A stretch of DNA of 64,000 nt. It comes from an uncultured Desulfosarcina sp. GTDB lineage: Bacteria; Desulfobacterota; Desulfobacteria; Desulfobacterales; Desulfosarcinaceae. The position numbers were made by a program, and so were the translations under genes. Of this stretch, positions 50,914 through 61,837 are shown in pieces. The stretch covers positions 2,336,001-2,400,000 of the forward strand of contig CAXXWQ010000003.1 of the NCBI GenBank assembly GCA_963674945.2, read 5' to 3'. Positions within the stretch are counted from its first letter, which is position 1. Each line of letters starts with the position of its first letter. The notes under the pieces were generated by a model that worked only from the letters and a program-made list of their open reading frames with translations, was not told the origin of the DNA and searched no databases.

Positions 50914-51738
50914 TTACCCGTCGAGTTCGGCAAGCATGCGTCGAGTGGTTTCAACTGCGGGAACCATATGATCATAAGGCGATATTCCGGCTTCGGCCTT
51001 GGACACGCTAGGTATCTCCAGACCGATGACAATATCGCGTGGTAGCGCAGAAAGAATTTCACTCAAGGGAAACTCTCCCAAGCCAGGCAGCAACCGCTCT
51101 GAACTTGCCTCTAATAAATAGTTCTCCATAGCAGGGACAATTGTCGCATCGCAGAAGTGCGCATACCCGATCATCTTGGGATCGAGGGCTGCCAAATCGG
51201 CCGCTCCACTTCCACTACGAACCAGATGCATCATGTCGATTAACAGACGGCAACTGGGTCGCCCTACATATTGTACTGCAGCGACAGCACTGGCAAGGTC
51301 GGGAAGCGCCGTCACCGGTGCGAATTCGACAACCACTTCGAGGCCAATAGCATCGGCCATATCTACAAGCTTGGACAGCTGATCGAAAGTACGGTCACGA
51401 TCTGGCTCGAAGCTCACAATATTTAGGATAGGGTCGCCGAGTTCCTTGGCAATTTCGAGGTCACCAGAAAGGCTCTCCACATCGACTCCTGGCCGAAGGA
51501 CCAGGAAGCCATCAATCAGCGAGGCGGAGATGCCCTTATCGCGCATCATAGTGATCATATCTTGCCTGAGGGAGGCGTCGTCTCTGAGCGAGCTTTGCGG
51601 GTAGTTGTATGGATTGATGGGCCCTGGCGAGTTTAACCAGATACTGATGTGCTGGCACCCGAGCTTAGCTACCAGATCGACCGCCTGAAGCGGTGGCATC
51701 CCCAAATGACTGTTAGGTTCGATTGCGATTCTTTCCAA
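50914..51738 (-). CDS. Sugar-phosphate isomerase/epimerase TIM-barrel protein
   Basis: VEF, DMMH, HFCD, RLLPGLG, LEIP. Confidence 0.85.
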   Translation of the reverse strand: MERIAIEPNSHLGMPPLQAVDLVAKLGCQHISIWLNSPGPINPYNYPQSSLRDDASLRQDMITMMRDKGISASLIDGFLVLRPGVDVESLSGDLEIAKELGDPILNIVSFEPDRDRTFDQLSKLVDMADAIGLEVVVEFAPVTALPDLASAVAAVQYVGRPSCRLLIDMMHLVRSGSGAADLAALDPKMIGYAHFCDATIVPAMENYLLEASSERLLPGLGEFPLSEILSALPRDIVIGLEIPSVSKAEAGISPYDHMVPAVETTRRMLAELDG

Positions 51739-51826
51739 TAGACGAATCCTCCATAAAATGACTTTCCCATTGTTGGATCGAAAAGTGAAGTTGGTTAATT
51801 CAAAGATGTCGGGTGCAAATAATTAA

Positions 51827-52564
51827 TTAATCCAATGGCTTTTTGACAGCAATCGTCAATCCATCTTCGAATGGGAGAATCAAGATGTCTGCTCTATGAT
51901 CTTTACTAATTTTCTCATTGAACTCACGGGTATGCGTTCCAAACTTGACCATGGTATCAAGCATCTGTTCCGGCCAGATTCTCGCTAACTTTTCTCGCAT
52001 TGCTTCTTCACCTTTTACCGCAACCGAACCGGAGAAGAGGGTATTATCATAGATGAGCATTCCCCCTGGACGAGCCAGTTTCATTCCCAAATCCCAATAA
52101 TTCGGATAGCCGGGTTTATCAGCGTCGATAAACAGGAGGTCGAAGGTCTCGCCATGTCCCTCATCCAGTAAGGATTGCATGGTTTCGGCTGCCGGACCGA
52201 CACGCATGTCCGTCCTATCACTCACTCCGGCCTTTTCCCAATACTTACGCGCTATCTTGGCATTGTTTTCATCGATTTCCATACCGACAAGCCATCCATC
52301 CTTCGGTATTGCCAGCGCCATACACAGAGCGCTGTATCCGGTGAAAGACCCCACGTCCAAAACTCGTTTTGCTTTTGTTGCCTTTACCATAAGCTGCAAA
52401 AATAGTCCCTGCCGGTGGGTCACCTGACAAATGGCATATGGATGATCAAGCGTCTCCTGGCGAAGCTCGGCCAGCACTTTGGGCTCGGGTGAAGAAAATG
52501 AATCAACGTATGCAAGAAGATTCTCATCAAAACCCAAAAAGTTACGACTCGTACCTAATTCCAT
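51827..52564 (-). CDS. O-methyltransferase (caffeoyl-CoA OMT-like)
   Basis: LDVGSFTGYSAL, FIDADK..Y, DNTL. Confidence 0.92.
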   Translation of the reverse strand: MELGTSRNFLGFDENLLAYVDSFSSPEPKVLAELRQETLDHPYAICQVTHRQGLFLQLMVKATKAKRVLDVGSFTGYSALCMALAIPKDGWLVGMEIDENNAKIARKYWEKAGVSDRTDMRVGPAAETMQSLLDEGHGETFDLLFIDADKPGYPNYWDLGMKLARPGGMLIYDNTLFSGSVAVKGEEAMREKLARIWPEQMLDTMVKFGTHTREFNEKISKDHRADILILPFEDGLTIAVKKPLD

Positions 52565-52651
52565 ATCTTATCCTCCTTTAATCTGATATTGCTTTTTACC
52601 GGTATCATCTGATCCAACTTAGCAAAGGTCCTCCATCTGCCTATCTCGCTT

Positions 52652-53221
52652 TCAAGCAAGTTCATCTTCGCTATCGTCAAACCAATCCACTGGGCTATTT
52701 TCAAACCTTAACAGGAGTTTTTCCAATAGCAAATTTAATAGAACAACCTCTGCAAAGGTGAATTCAGCAAAATAAGACTGCATTCTCCTGACGGCGATTT
52801 TATCTGTGATTTCATGAAATTTTTTACCATGATCGGTCATTCTCACCAGAACGACGCGCTTATCGTTGGGATCAGATAATCGTTCAGCTAAGTCATTGTC
52901 GACCCACCAGGCGACCAGACGATTGGTGGTTGCGGGCGGTAGTAAAAGCTCCTTCGTCAAATCTCCCATGCTGATGTTTGGCCGGTTAAATAGAATCTTG
53001 CCTATCGCATAAAAGGCGAGACTGCCTGCAATCAGACCAGGATTATTGCCCTTGATGAAAAATTTTTCCAACATCCTTTTTGCCCCCTCACTCTTTTGAA
53101 TCCCTGAGTTGGCAAGGTGAAACTCCACCTTCCTGAAGTTACCAATAAAACGGGCAGTCCATTCTGGAGATGATATTTCTTGCAGATTGTTTTTTATCAT
53201 TTTGTCCCTTTTTATTTCCAT
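52652..53221 (-). CDS. MarR-family regulator
   Basis: SMGDLTKEL...TTNRLV...DPNDKRVVLVRMTDHG. Confidence 0.85.
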   Translation of the reverse strand: MEIKRDKMIKNNLQEISSPEWTARFIGNFRKVEFHLANSGIQKSEGAKRMLEKFFIKGNNPGLIAGSLAFYAIGKILFNRPNISMGDLTKELLLPPATTNRLVAWWVDNDLAERLSDPNDKRVVLVRMTDHGKKFHEITDKIAVRRMQSYFAEFTFAEVVLLNLLLEKLLLRFENSPVDWFDDSEDELA

Positions 53222-53880
53222 TTGGAAACATTAGTAGCCTCTATAAAATTAAATGTCAATTCTTGATTTCGTTTAAACAAGAAAAAAATGCATTAATTCG
53301 AAATGGTTTAAAGGATATTGGCCAGATAAATTGCTAAAATATCTCTTATCGGTAAACCACAGAAGAACTTTCCATATGGATATTTTTACTTTTTTCACCC
53401 TGGTTGTGAATCAGAACATTAAAAATGTAAGGACAAAACTGTTTTTTCAAGACAGATGAAGAACGAATTCAGAAAGTAGTGTACGGAACTAGTGCAGTGG
53501 ACCCGAAAGGCTGGATAGTTGGCCAGCCGAGAATAGAACCATTGAAAAATCTGGTGCGCTATTTGGAAGTACGCTTTCGCCAGATTTCTTGATTTCAAGG
53601 CGACAATTACCCATACCATATCTTGTGGTCTGCCATTATTCCCCGAGGTACAGATTATAAAAATAATCTGAACCGAATCTCAAAAATTGATTTTTTCATA
53701 TATGTACAGGATATATGGTCAATTCTTGTGGCTAAAAAACTTGTATTTTCAAGTATCTACAAAAATGTCGGATTGTGTGGATTCTTGGGACGAATCACCA
53801 TCGACCCCCAATGGGGGTTCGGTATTGCTATCTGAAATTTCTGGCGGGTTGAAAATCTGCAGATTTGCTTTGGTAACCTG

Positions 53881-54414
53881 ATGTTTTTAAGCCGAATATT
53901 TCTTTGTGATAAACATTTCAAATCTTCAAAGTCAAACATTTCGGCCAAAATAGGCGGGAACGTTTATCACAACTGGTACGTTTCCAAAACAACCGATGCC
54001 CCGACAGAAATCGATCCCATCGTACCCTCAGACCTAAAAGGCTCTGAAACGATTCTCATTGTAGAAGACAACGCACAGGTCAGAGACATTTCTCGCGAGA
54101 TTCTTAAGCGGCGGGGCTATACGGTCCTTATTGCCGAGAACGGAAAGGAGGCTTTGACGATTCTGAAGCAACAGAAGGAGCCCGTCGATTTAATCCTTTC
54201 AGATGTTGTCATGCCGGAGATGGACGGCAAGAACCTGTTGGATCGGATGGCCGTTTATTATCCTGGTGTGAAGGTCCTTTTTATGTCCGGCTATACCGAC
54301 GATGTGATCGCCCATCGCGGGGTACTGTACGAAGACGCGAACTTTATTCAGAAACCTTTTACGGCTTATGCTTTGTCCATCAAGGTCCGAGAAATATTAG
54401 AAGACCAAAATTGA
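53881..54414 (+). pseudogene. Receiver domain, probably the C-terminal remnant of a hybrid histidine kinase
   Basis: GSETILIVED, SDVVMP, FMSGY, FIQKPF; no convincing start or kinase upstream. Confidence 0.65.
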
Positions 54415-55001
54415 TCTGAACTGCCTGTTATTAATAGAAGAAAGAAAGTGTAAAAAGAAAAGGTGATGGAAGTGCCACGTATATCTTACAAAAAAAGGAA
54501 AATAATTTTTTTTCTGACAGTTTTTTTCCAGATCCTTTCATTTCCTGTATATGCGCAGCCGGGATTCTCGAACGTAATTTGCACATCGGCAGCCTCATGT
54601 AAAGAGAAGTATTTCAGGGGAGCCGGCCTAGACAGGACCGTCTCCCCCATACTCAACTTCGTTTATGCCACGGTTGCTGACTGATAGCCTCCCTTTAAAC
54701 CTTATTAAGATCGGGTTTTGTTGACGAAATTTTCCTCCGAGATACTGAAATTTATATTCTTCGATTGCACGAAAACGGCACTTCCACAATTCCATTTAGC
54801 CAATAAGTCTTCTAATTTCAACCCGGATTATGTTTTCAACATATAGCGTTCACTCACTTTTTTGGGGACGACACCTTTCAACATCATAATGAGTTGAAGG
54901 CGGTCGATTCTGCCATGGGGAGCCAAAATATGAGGCGGTCTGAAAGTCCCCTTTTCAAGACGTTTATACAGCTATTTATGGCGCGCAAGTCATTCGATCG
55001 T

Positions 55002-56198
55002 CTATTCAGACATCATGTGAGCCAACGCTTTTAAGCTTGCCGCCGTATCGGCCTCGGTCATATTGTTGAGATTGGAAATGGTAAATTCATCTTCTTTGAA
55101 ACAGGCACCGATGTTTCCAAAACCTGAGATTCGACCGGAATGCCCCCAAGCTTCGCCGACACCTGTTACATTATATTTAAACAATCCCAAGCCTAAACCT
55201 TCAGTTGAACCATCGCTGAACGTTTCCTCGGCCCATTGTTGTGATTGCCATGTCAGCGTTTGCATTTTGTTACGTTGTTCCTCTCCCAGCAGATCACCGG
55301 CAACCAGCGCATGGAACCAGATGGCCATATCTTTTGCAGTGGATATAATCCCACCGGTTGACCAGGAAAATGTTGCATCAGCGCCGGGAGTTACTTCACA
55401 AACAGTCTTTTGGCTGCAAGTCGTTTCCGTCGCGCCGTCCTGATCGGCACAGCAAACGGAGTAACCCGTTATGGGTTCAGGACCACCTTCATAGCCGTAG
55501 AGGTAGGTGCTGGTCATCTGTAAGGGTTCCAGGAAACGTTCACGAATCTGCTCATGCCACGGGATGCCTTCTACCTGTTCCGCGATCAATCCAAGCATCA
55601 GATACCCGGTATTGCTATAAGCGAATCTGGTGCCTGGTTCGAAATCGGACAGGTTGGAATCGGCGCACATTTGTATTAGCTGCTCGGGTTCGGGAAAGGG
55701 ATACTCTTCGACAAGCTGGTCCAGGTCGGATCTTAATCTTTCATCTGTGATTGAAACCACTCCACTGGTATGTCCAAGCAGATGGCGAATGGTGATCCCA
55801 TCTCCCCCTGGGTAGTCGAGATAGTTTGAAATTGCGTCATTGATCGAGAGTTTTTCTTCTTGTTCAAGCTGAAAAATAAGCGCAGCAGCGAACGTTTTTG
55901 TCTGGCTGCCAATTCGAAAGAGACTATCCTCGTGAAGCGGTTGCAGGTTTTCGATATTGGCAAGGCCATCAGCGGCGACTATGGGTTCATTGTAGGTTGG
56001 CCGATAAAAACCCGCCGCGCTTCCTGGAACTTCAATGCCAGAGTTGGAGACATCCGCAGTCCGAAAATTGTAGAGCGTATGCTTCAAGGTCCTGTACAAC
56101 TCGAAATAATCCCCAGTGGACGAGTCGCAACCGGATAGTGTAACGATGTATATCATTGCAAACAATACAAAAAATGGGTTCCAATGTCTCATGGACAA
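55002..56198 (-). CDS. Beta-lactamase-related serine hydrolase lipoprotein
   Basis: Lipobox LSGC; SQTK, YSN, GHSG. Confidence 0.9.
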   Translation of the reverse strand: MSMRHWNPFFVLFAMIYIVTLSGCDSSTGDYFELYRTLKHTLYNFRTADVSNSGIEVPGSAAGFYRPTYNEPIVAADGLANIENLQPLHEDSLFRIGSQTKTFAAALIFQLEQEEKLSINDAISNYLDYPGGDGITIRHLLGHTSGVVSITDERLRSDLDQLVEEYPFPEPEQLIQMCADSNLSDFEPGTRFAYSNTGYLMLGLIAEQVEGIPWHEQIRERFLEPLQMTSTYLYGYEGGPEPITGYSVCCADQDGATETTCSQKTVCEVTPGADATFSWSTGGIISTAKDMAIWFHALVAGDLLGEEQRNKMQTLTWQSQQWAEETFSDGSTEGLGLGLFKYNVTGVGEAWGHSGRISGFGNIGACFKEDEFTISNLNNMTEADTAASLKALAHMMSE

Positions 56199-56297
56199 CT
56201 CTCCTTTCTACGACTTTACAAATATTATCTCCAGCCTTAAATAGATACAACGGAAAGAGCACTCACGCAGTGTAATGGTGTCGGGTGATCTTTTGGT

Positions 56298-56362
56298 GTA
56301 CGCCCGGCACGGGCGTGAACTTGTGGGGTGCAAGTCCCCTGTGTGTGAATCCTGTTAATGTG
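56298..56362 (+). ncRNA. 5' fragment of a group IIC intron
   Basis: GTACGCCCGGCACGGGCGTGAACTTGTGGGGTGCAAGTCCCCTGT resembles class C intron starts; no RT ORF follows. Confidence 0.6.
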
Positions 56363-56405
56363 TTTAAATCATTTTTTTCGTTGTAAACAGTTTTTCTTAC
56401 CGGGT

Positions 56406-58550
56406 TCACCACGCTATGAGATTGAGCACGATTTTCTCTCCCGGTTCGCCGCAAAGCACCAGATAAACGGCGTCACCGTTGAGAGAAAAGTCGCCGTATG
56501 CATCTCCGGAGTCGATTCTCGTCACTTCCCTATCGTAAATACCCCAGAAGTCGGAACCGTCAATGGTGAGCGAACCGGTGGACGGGAGACGGAACCATTC
56601 GGCGAACCCGTCATTTCCAATGGAAATCGTTGTCGCCCCTTCGTCCAGAAGGGGAACCCCGGAAAGAGGACGGTAGAGGTAGCTGCCAACCCGCAGCCAT
56701 TCCTGATTATTCCACGTCTCAATCGCTACGTCTTCCATGCCTCTAACACCGTCGGGCACTATCAGGAACTTGCCGTCCAGCCTGTCGTCGTCGGCAGGCG
56801 CCATGTCGGCCAGGATTTTGTTTCCGAGCAGGTAACCGGTCAGGCTGGAAACGGTTCTCAGTTGGAAACCGGGTTCTATTTTGTCCACCGGGAAATCCGA
56901 GTCCAGTTCTTCATTGACAGGCAGCCAGGTCTCGTTAAGCCTCGTCTCCCAAACCCCGGATAGGGGCGGTCTGTCTTCGAGGCCCTGGCCCATCATGGCA
57001 GAGTAACTGTAGTGATCGGAAGCTCCCTTCTGCCTGAGTGCGAAATAGTGCCGTCCCGACCGGGTCAGAAGACGCAGTGCGGTTGTCGGATCATTGTCCG
57101 CTGCATACCAGCCGTCGTTACGAAGCTTGAAGTTTTCATATAGGGAAGTCCAGTCGCTGTCAAACATCTCCAGGCTCAGGGAATCATCCGCCCCAAAGTG
57201 CAAGCGGCAGATGCCGGAAGATGAGGCATAGACCCCCGAGTAGGTGCTTTTCTCCTCCCAGGTCACGGTTTCATACGGCAGGGGGTCACTTGACAGCGGT
57301 TCCGGCATTCCGGAAATCCGGCCACGCTCGACAAGGGCGCGTAGCAAAATCCGGTTCGCGATCTTTGTTGCATGGTAGGATCCGAACGAGGTGGCGGCGG
57401 CACCGGAAGCCCCCAAAACCACGACACCCAACTTTTCCTCCGGCACGACCACCATCACAGAACCGTACATTCCGGCAAGATCACCGTTTTTCTGCCAGGC
57501 CGTAACCCCGGTCGCTCCCAGTCCCGGCTGGGTTACGGTATCCCATCCCAAACCGTAGCGATACTCCTCACAGGGCACGGGATTGAAGGAACCAGCCCTC
57601 TGGTCCCGTGCCATGGCTGATACGGACTCGGCAGAAAGGATCCGGTCCGCACCATACATCCCCCCGTTCATGAGCATCATGGCCATGCGCGCCATTTCCT
57701 CAGAGGTCGAGTACAGCCCCCCCGAGGCATAGACATTGAGTGAATAAATTGGCCGCAGGTTTTCGCCTTTGTATGCCCTGGCGCATGATCCGTCGGGAAG
57801 GGACACATCCTGAAAGCGGCTTGTGCCCATGCCCAGTGGTTCGAGTATCCTTTGGCGGACAAACTCGGTGTAATCTTCTCCGGTCACCGCCTTGACCAAA
57901 TTCTCGAGCATGGTGAAGCCCTCATTGTTGTATGAGCTGATGGCTCCCGGCTCATAGAGCAGACGCTGCAACGTCAATCCGTCCAGCATTCGGGCAGCGT
58001 ATTCGGGAAATGGAGACAATGTGACATTCTTTATGTCGTATCCAGGCAACCCGGAGGAATGATTCAACAGCATTCTCACGGTGATATACCTGTATCGCTC
58101 ATCGAGGGGCATGTAAAAATCCGGGACATACTTCGTGACGGGCTCATCCAATGATACATCCTCCTGATCCACCAGAATCATGACGGCCACCGCGGCTATT
58201 ATCTTGCTAATCGAGCAGACGGGGAAAAGCGTATCAACCGTCGCATCCCAATCCGCTTCCCGATCCGCAACACCGAAGGCCTCGGACCATATCACCCGTT
58301 CACCGTTTACAAGGGCAACGGAAACCGAGGCGGCACCGGTTTGTTCCATGACCTCTTGAACGGCGGTCCACCCTTCGTCAATGGTGGCGGAGTAGTTACA
58401 ATCGTTTCCGGATTGACTGTCGCATCCTGTCAACAGAAGGAGACAGGACAGAAGAGACAAAAGCCCTGCATGCTTAATCACACCAGCAAATGGTTTCCTT
58501 GAAATTGTAGTCATTTTCTCCATTCCTTTCGAGCTGCACCCAATTCTCAT
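56406..58550 (-). CDS. Beta-lactamase-related serine hydrolase lipoprotein with C-terminal extension
   Basis: Lipobox LTGC; SISK, YNN, KNG. Confidence 0.9.
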   Translation of the reverse strand: MRIGCSSKGMEKMTTISRKPFAGVIKHAGLLSLLSCLLLLTGCDSQSGNDCNYSATIDEGWTAVQEVMEQTGAASVSVALVNGERVIWSEAFGVADREADWDATVDTLFPVCSISKIIAAVAVMILVDQEDVSLDEPVTKYVPDFYMPLDERYRYITVRMLLNHSSGLPGYDIKNVTLSPFPEYAARMLDGLTLQRLLYEPGAISSYNNEGFTMLENLVKAVTGEDYTEFVRQRILEPLGMGTSRFQDVSLPDGSCARAYKGENLRPIYSLNVYASGGLYSTSEEMARMAMMLMNGGMYGADRILSAESVSAMARDQRAGSFNPVPCEEYRYGLGWDTVTQPGLGATGVTAWQKNGDLAGMYGSVMVVVPEEKLGVVVLGASGAAATSFGSYHATKIANRILLRALVERGRISGMPEPLSSDPLPYETVTWEEKSTYSGVYASSSGICRLHFGADDSLSLEMFDSDWTSLYENFKLRNDGWYAADNDPTTALRLLTRSGRHYFALRQKGASDHYSYSAMMGQGLEDRPPLSGVWETRLNETWLPVNEELDSDFPVDKIEPGFQLRTVSSLTGYLLGNKILADMAPADDDRLDGKFLIVPDGVRGMEDVAIETWNNQEWLRVGSYLYRPLSGVPLLDEGATTISIGNDGFAEWFRLPSTGSLTIDGSDFWGIYDREVTRIDSGDAYGDFSLNGDAVYLVLCGEPGEKIVLNLIAW

Positions 58551-61100
58551 ACCGGTATTGCCGGGTTTTTCAATCCATCATTTACATGCCTTCAAATCCA
58601 GTCCCTTATCCCCGTATACGGGACACCAATGCAACCCTTTTGTCCCGGGAATATCGGCAATAATTTCAAAAAATTGCCCGGATAGGGTTTCGCCGCTTAT
58701 TACATCGTCGATACGATCTCCAGCCTGAATATCGGCATCACTGCGGGTTACGACCTCAAGGGTTCCGTCCAATTTGACATTACCGTTTACTTCAAGCCGT
58801 CCATATCTTCCGATATCCCGGACATCAATAATTAGTGTGCCGTCGCTGCTTTGCGTATAGTGGGTGACTTCCGAAGCCGTACCCAGGTTCAAAGTACCGC
58901 CAGCCCGATTCTCTCCGGGTCGCACCGTTCCCCGGCGGTTGAATATGCCGCCTCGGCCGTCACTTCCTTTTGGGGCAATCAGGGTTCCGTTGCCATAAAG
59001 CATTCCACCGGCAACTTCGACGCGCATACCGCGTCTGTAAAACAGTGTTTCCGTAACACTGGAAAAATCCGGATCCAGCCGGCTCACCGTGATGCTGTCG
59101 GCGTTGCGAAGAACACCTGTTACTTCGAGTCTACCGGCATTCAACTGGACATCACCCGCGCAATGCACGGTTTGTAATTCGGGAATCAACAGATGCGATT
59201 GCGCTTGATTCTGGCTAAGGCCGAGGATCGCACGCCTGGAAAATACATCCATGCGTTGCGTTCCTTCATAAACCAGTTCGCCCATATGAAGGACAATACC
59301 CCATTCAAGCCAGTTCGCCTCGTGTGTTCCGGCAGGCGAGGAAACCGTTACAGACCATATGCCATTTGGATTCTCGCCCCAGAAAGCATTTGAGAGGAAA
59401 AAATGGTCTATCCCACCGGCTGGATCATTGTCATCAAAAAGCGGATTGTTTCCGATTCCATTTGTGTGTGCCAGAAGCCTGCTGCTGGTTTCCTCCCTGT
59501 CCACAACAACTTGTATTTCCCGACGGTCTTCTCCTTCGATCTTGAGATAGACCTCCACGCTTTCCAGATTCTGCCTGAGTTCATCGGGAACGGTAATACC
59601 GATACTCTGGGTAACGCCGGCGGTATCACCCCCTATAATCTTCCCCATAGGGGCAGAAACCGTCCGGAGTCCCGTGTGGTAAATGCTTTCGTCGGTTACA
59701 TATGCCGTTTGCAGTAAGGCACCTGTCAATTCTTTCATATCGGGCAGGCCGAAGCCATAGTTCGGATTGAACGCAAAACCCGCCTCATTGATCTGCCAGC
59801 CGGAGTAACTGCGTCCGGTACTATCCAGCCAGGTTGCGCTTGCCGACCGATCATCCGGATCAACGACACAACTGGTGGCCGCCAGCAGATGCTTTGTCAT
59901 ACGCAGGTTGAGATTCGGGTTGGCCTGTCTGGCCACCGCCAGCATGCCCGCAAGGCTTGGTGCCGCCGCTGAAGTGCCATCGAACTGGCCCGTGTAATCC
60001 ATATTATCAATGTCAGGAAGAAAGACGGAATATAAGTTGCTTTCATAATTGATTCCCAATGTCCCGAACCGGTCCGTCGTCGAAACACCCAATCCGTTGG
60101 CATATGCAGCAGTATCGCTGTCCGTGACGTTCCACCATGCGCTTTCGCTCAGCGTCGTCACAAAAATCGAGGCGCCGAAATTGCTATAGAGGGCATACTG
60201 CCCGTTGCTCCCCAGAGCTGCCACACCGATTATATACGGGCAGGTCAATTCCATGCTGATGTTGGCGTCCTGTTGTTCTGTGCCGCGGCTATTGCCTGCG
60301 GCCTGAGTGTATAACATGCCATTGGCGGCGGTGCGCGCAAATGCGCTGTAGGTATCGATAAAATCATCCGGATAGGAGAAAAGAGCCGTTTTTGAACTTG
60401 AATTTTTGACCTGGATGACCGGTGCAAATCTGATTTCCGTAAGCATTGAAAGCGCCTGGCTGTCCATCTGGTCTTTCCACCCCAATCCTGCCTGCCAATA
60501 GACTGCCGGCGGGTGCATGCAATAGTCGGCCAATGTAGTGAAATTGTTTACGGCCACCGATGCAATTCGGGCATGTGGCGCCAGTCCGCAGACCCCGATT
60601 CCGTTTCCTCCAATGGCGGCGGCCATTCCCCCGACATTGGTTCCGTGAAACTCGGTGTCTTTCTGGTGCCCCCCCGTCTGACCAACAACGATGCCTTTGG
60701 CATCCATTCCGGTGCTTAGCTCAGGGATGATGTCCAGATCGGGATGCGCCAGCTCGATGCCATCGTCAAGAATGCCTATAGTGACACCACGACCTGTGTA
60801 ACCGGCTTCCCATACCGGAATGATATTTGCGTCCAGTCCTGCATTACTGATCGTGGCTTCGGTTGTCTCGTGACCGTTCGGTGCGACGCCGGCAGGATAA
60901 TGGATGGTGTCAGGGGCCTGATTATCGAGATTCCACTGTCCGGGATGAAGCGGTGTATCGGGATCGTAGAAAAAATACGGGTCATCGGGGGAAAATGGCT
61001 CCCCTGCAAAAACATTACGGGGTAAGCGGTTTATTAACCCCATCTTCACAAAATTGTTCAGGCATGGCAATGTGTTTCCCCAAAGAAAGGAGAAGATATC

Positions 61101-61430
61101 ATGCCTGAAGACTATGATTCATTCGATTCCAAGCAAAGGCGAAAATTTTGGGAAAATCATATCGAGAAATGGAAGATCAGCAGCCTAAGCCAAAGGGCCT
61201 ATTGTAAAAAAAACGATCTCATTCTCCATCGGTTTTACGATTGGAAACGGCGCATCATGCCCGTTGATAAAACCCGAGTTACTTTTTTGCCGGTTGCGCT
61301 CAACGGATCAGCGACGAGGAAACATCCATCCGTTCGTATTCATACCCCCAACGGATTTACCATCGAAGTCGATGATCAAAACGGATCGATAGAAATCAAC
61401 AAGCTTGTTGCAATGGTGGCTACATTATGA
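61101..61430 (+). CDS. tnpA: IS66 TnpA
   Basis: Identical to protein at 12390-12719. Confidence 0.92.
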   Translation: MPEDYDSFDSKQRRKFWENHIEKWKISSLSQRAYCKKNDLILHRFYDWKRRIMPVDKTRVTFLPVALNGSATRKHPSVRIHTPNGFTIEVDDQNGSIEINKLVAMVATL

Positions 61431-61774
61431 TGTTGCCCACCAATCCCAAAAGGGTCTTTCTGGCCGTGGGTAATACCGATATGCGCAAATCGATCAACGG
61501 GCTTTCGGTTTTGGTGGAACAGGCCATGGATTTGAATCCCTTCGAAGGGGACCTGTTCGTCTTCTGCAATCGGCGTCGGAACATGATAAAAATTTTATAC
61601 TGGGATAAAAATGGATTTGCTCTCTGGCTCAAACGGCTGGAGAAGCACCGTTTCCACTGGCCAACAACCACAAAAGAAGTCGTTTCCCTTAGTGCGAAAG
61701 AACTGGAATGGCTTCTCGCCGGACTGGATTATACGAATGCTCATGTGCGTTTAAACTACCGTTATGCAAGCTGA
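61427..61774 (+). CDS. tnpB: IS66 TnpB
   Basis: Identical to protein at 12046-12393. Confidence 0.96.
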   Translation: MMLPTNPKRVFLAVGNTDMRKSINGLSVLVEQAMDLNPFEGDLFVFCNRRRNMIKILYWDKNGFALWLKRLEKHRFHWPTTTKEVVSLSAKELEWLLAGLDYTNAHVRLNYRYAS

Positions 61775-61837
61775 GAACATCCACCTGGAAGTAAAATAAG
61801 TGTGTACAAATTCAATTGGTTATGCTATGTATCAGGC

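Noticed and set aside
55002..58550. Antibiotic-resistance beta-lactamases
   Set aside because: SxxK family motifs alone do not show beta-lactam hydrolysis; peptidase or esterase is equally likely
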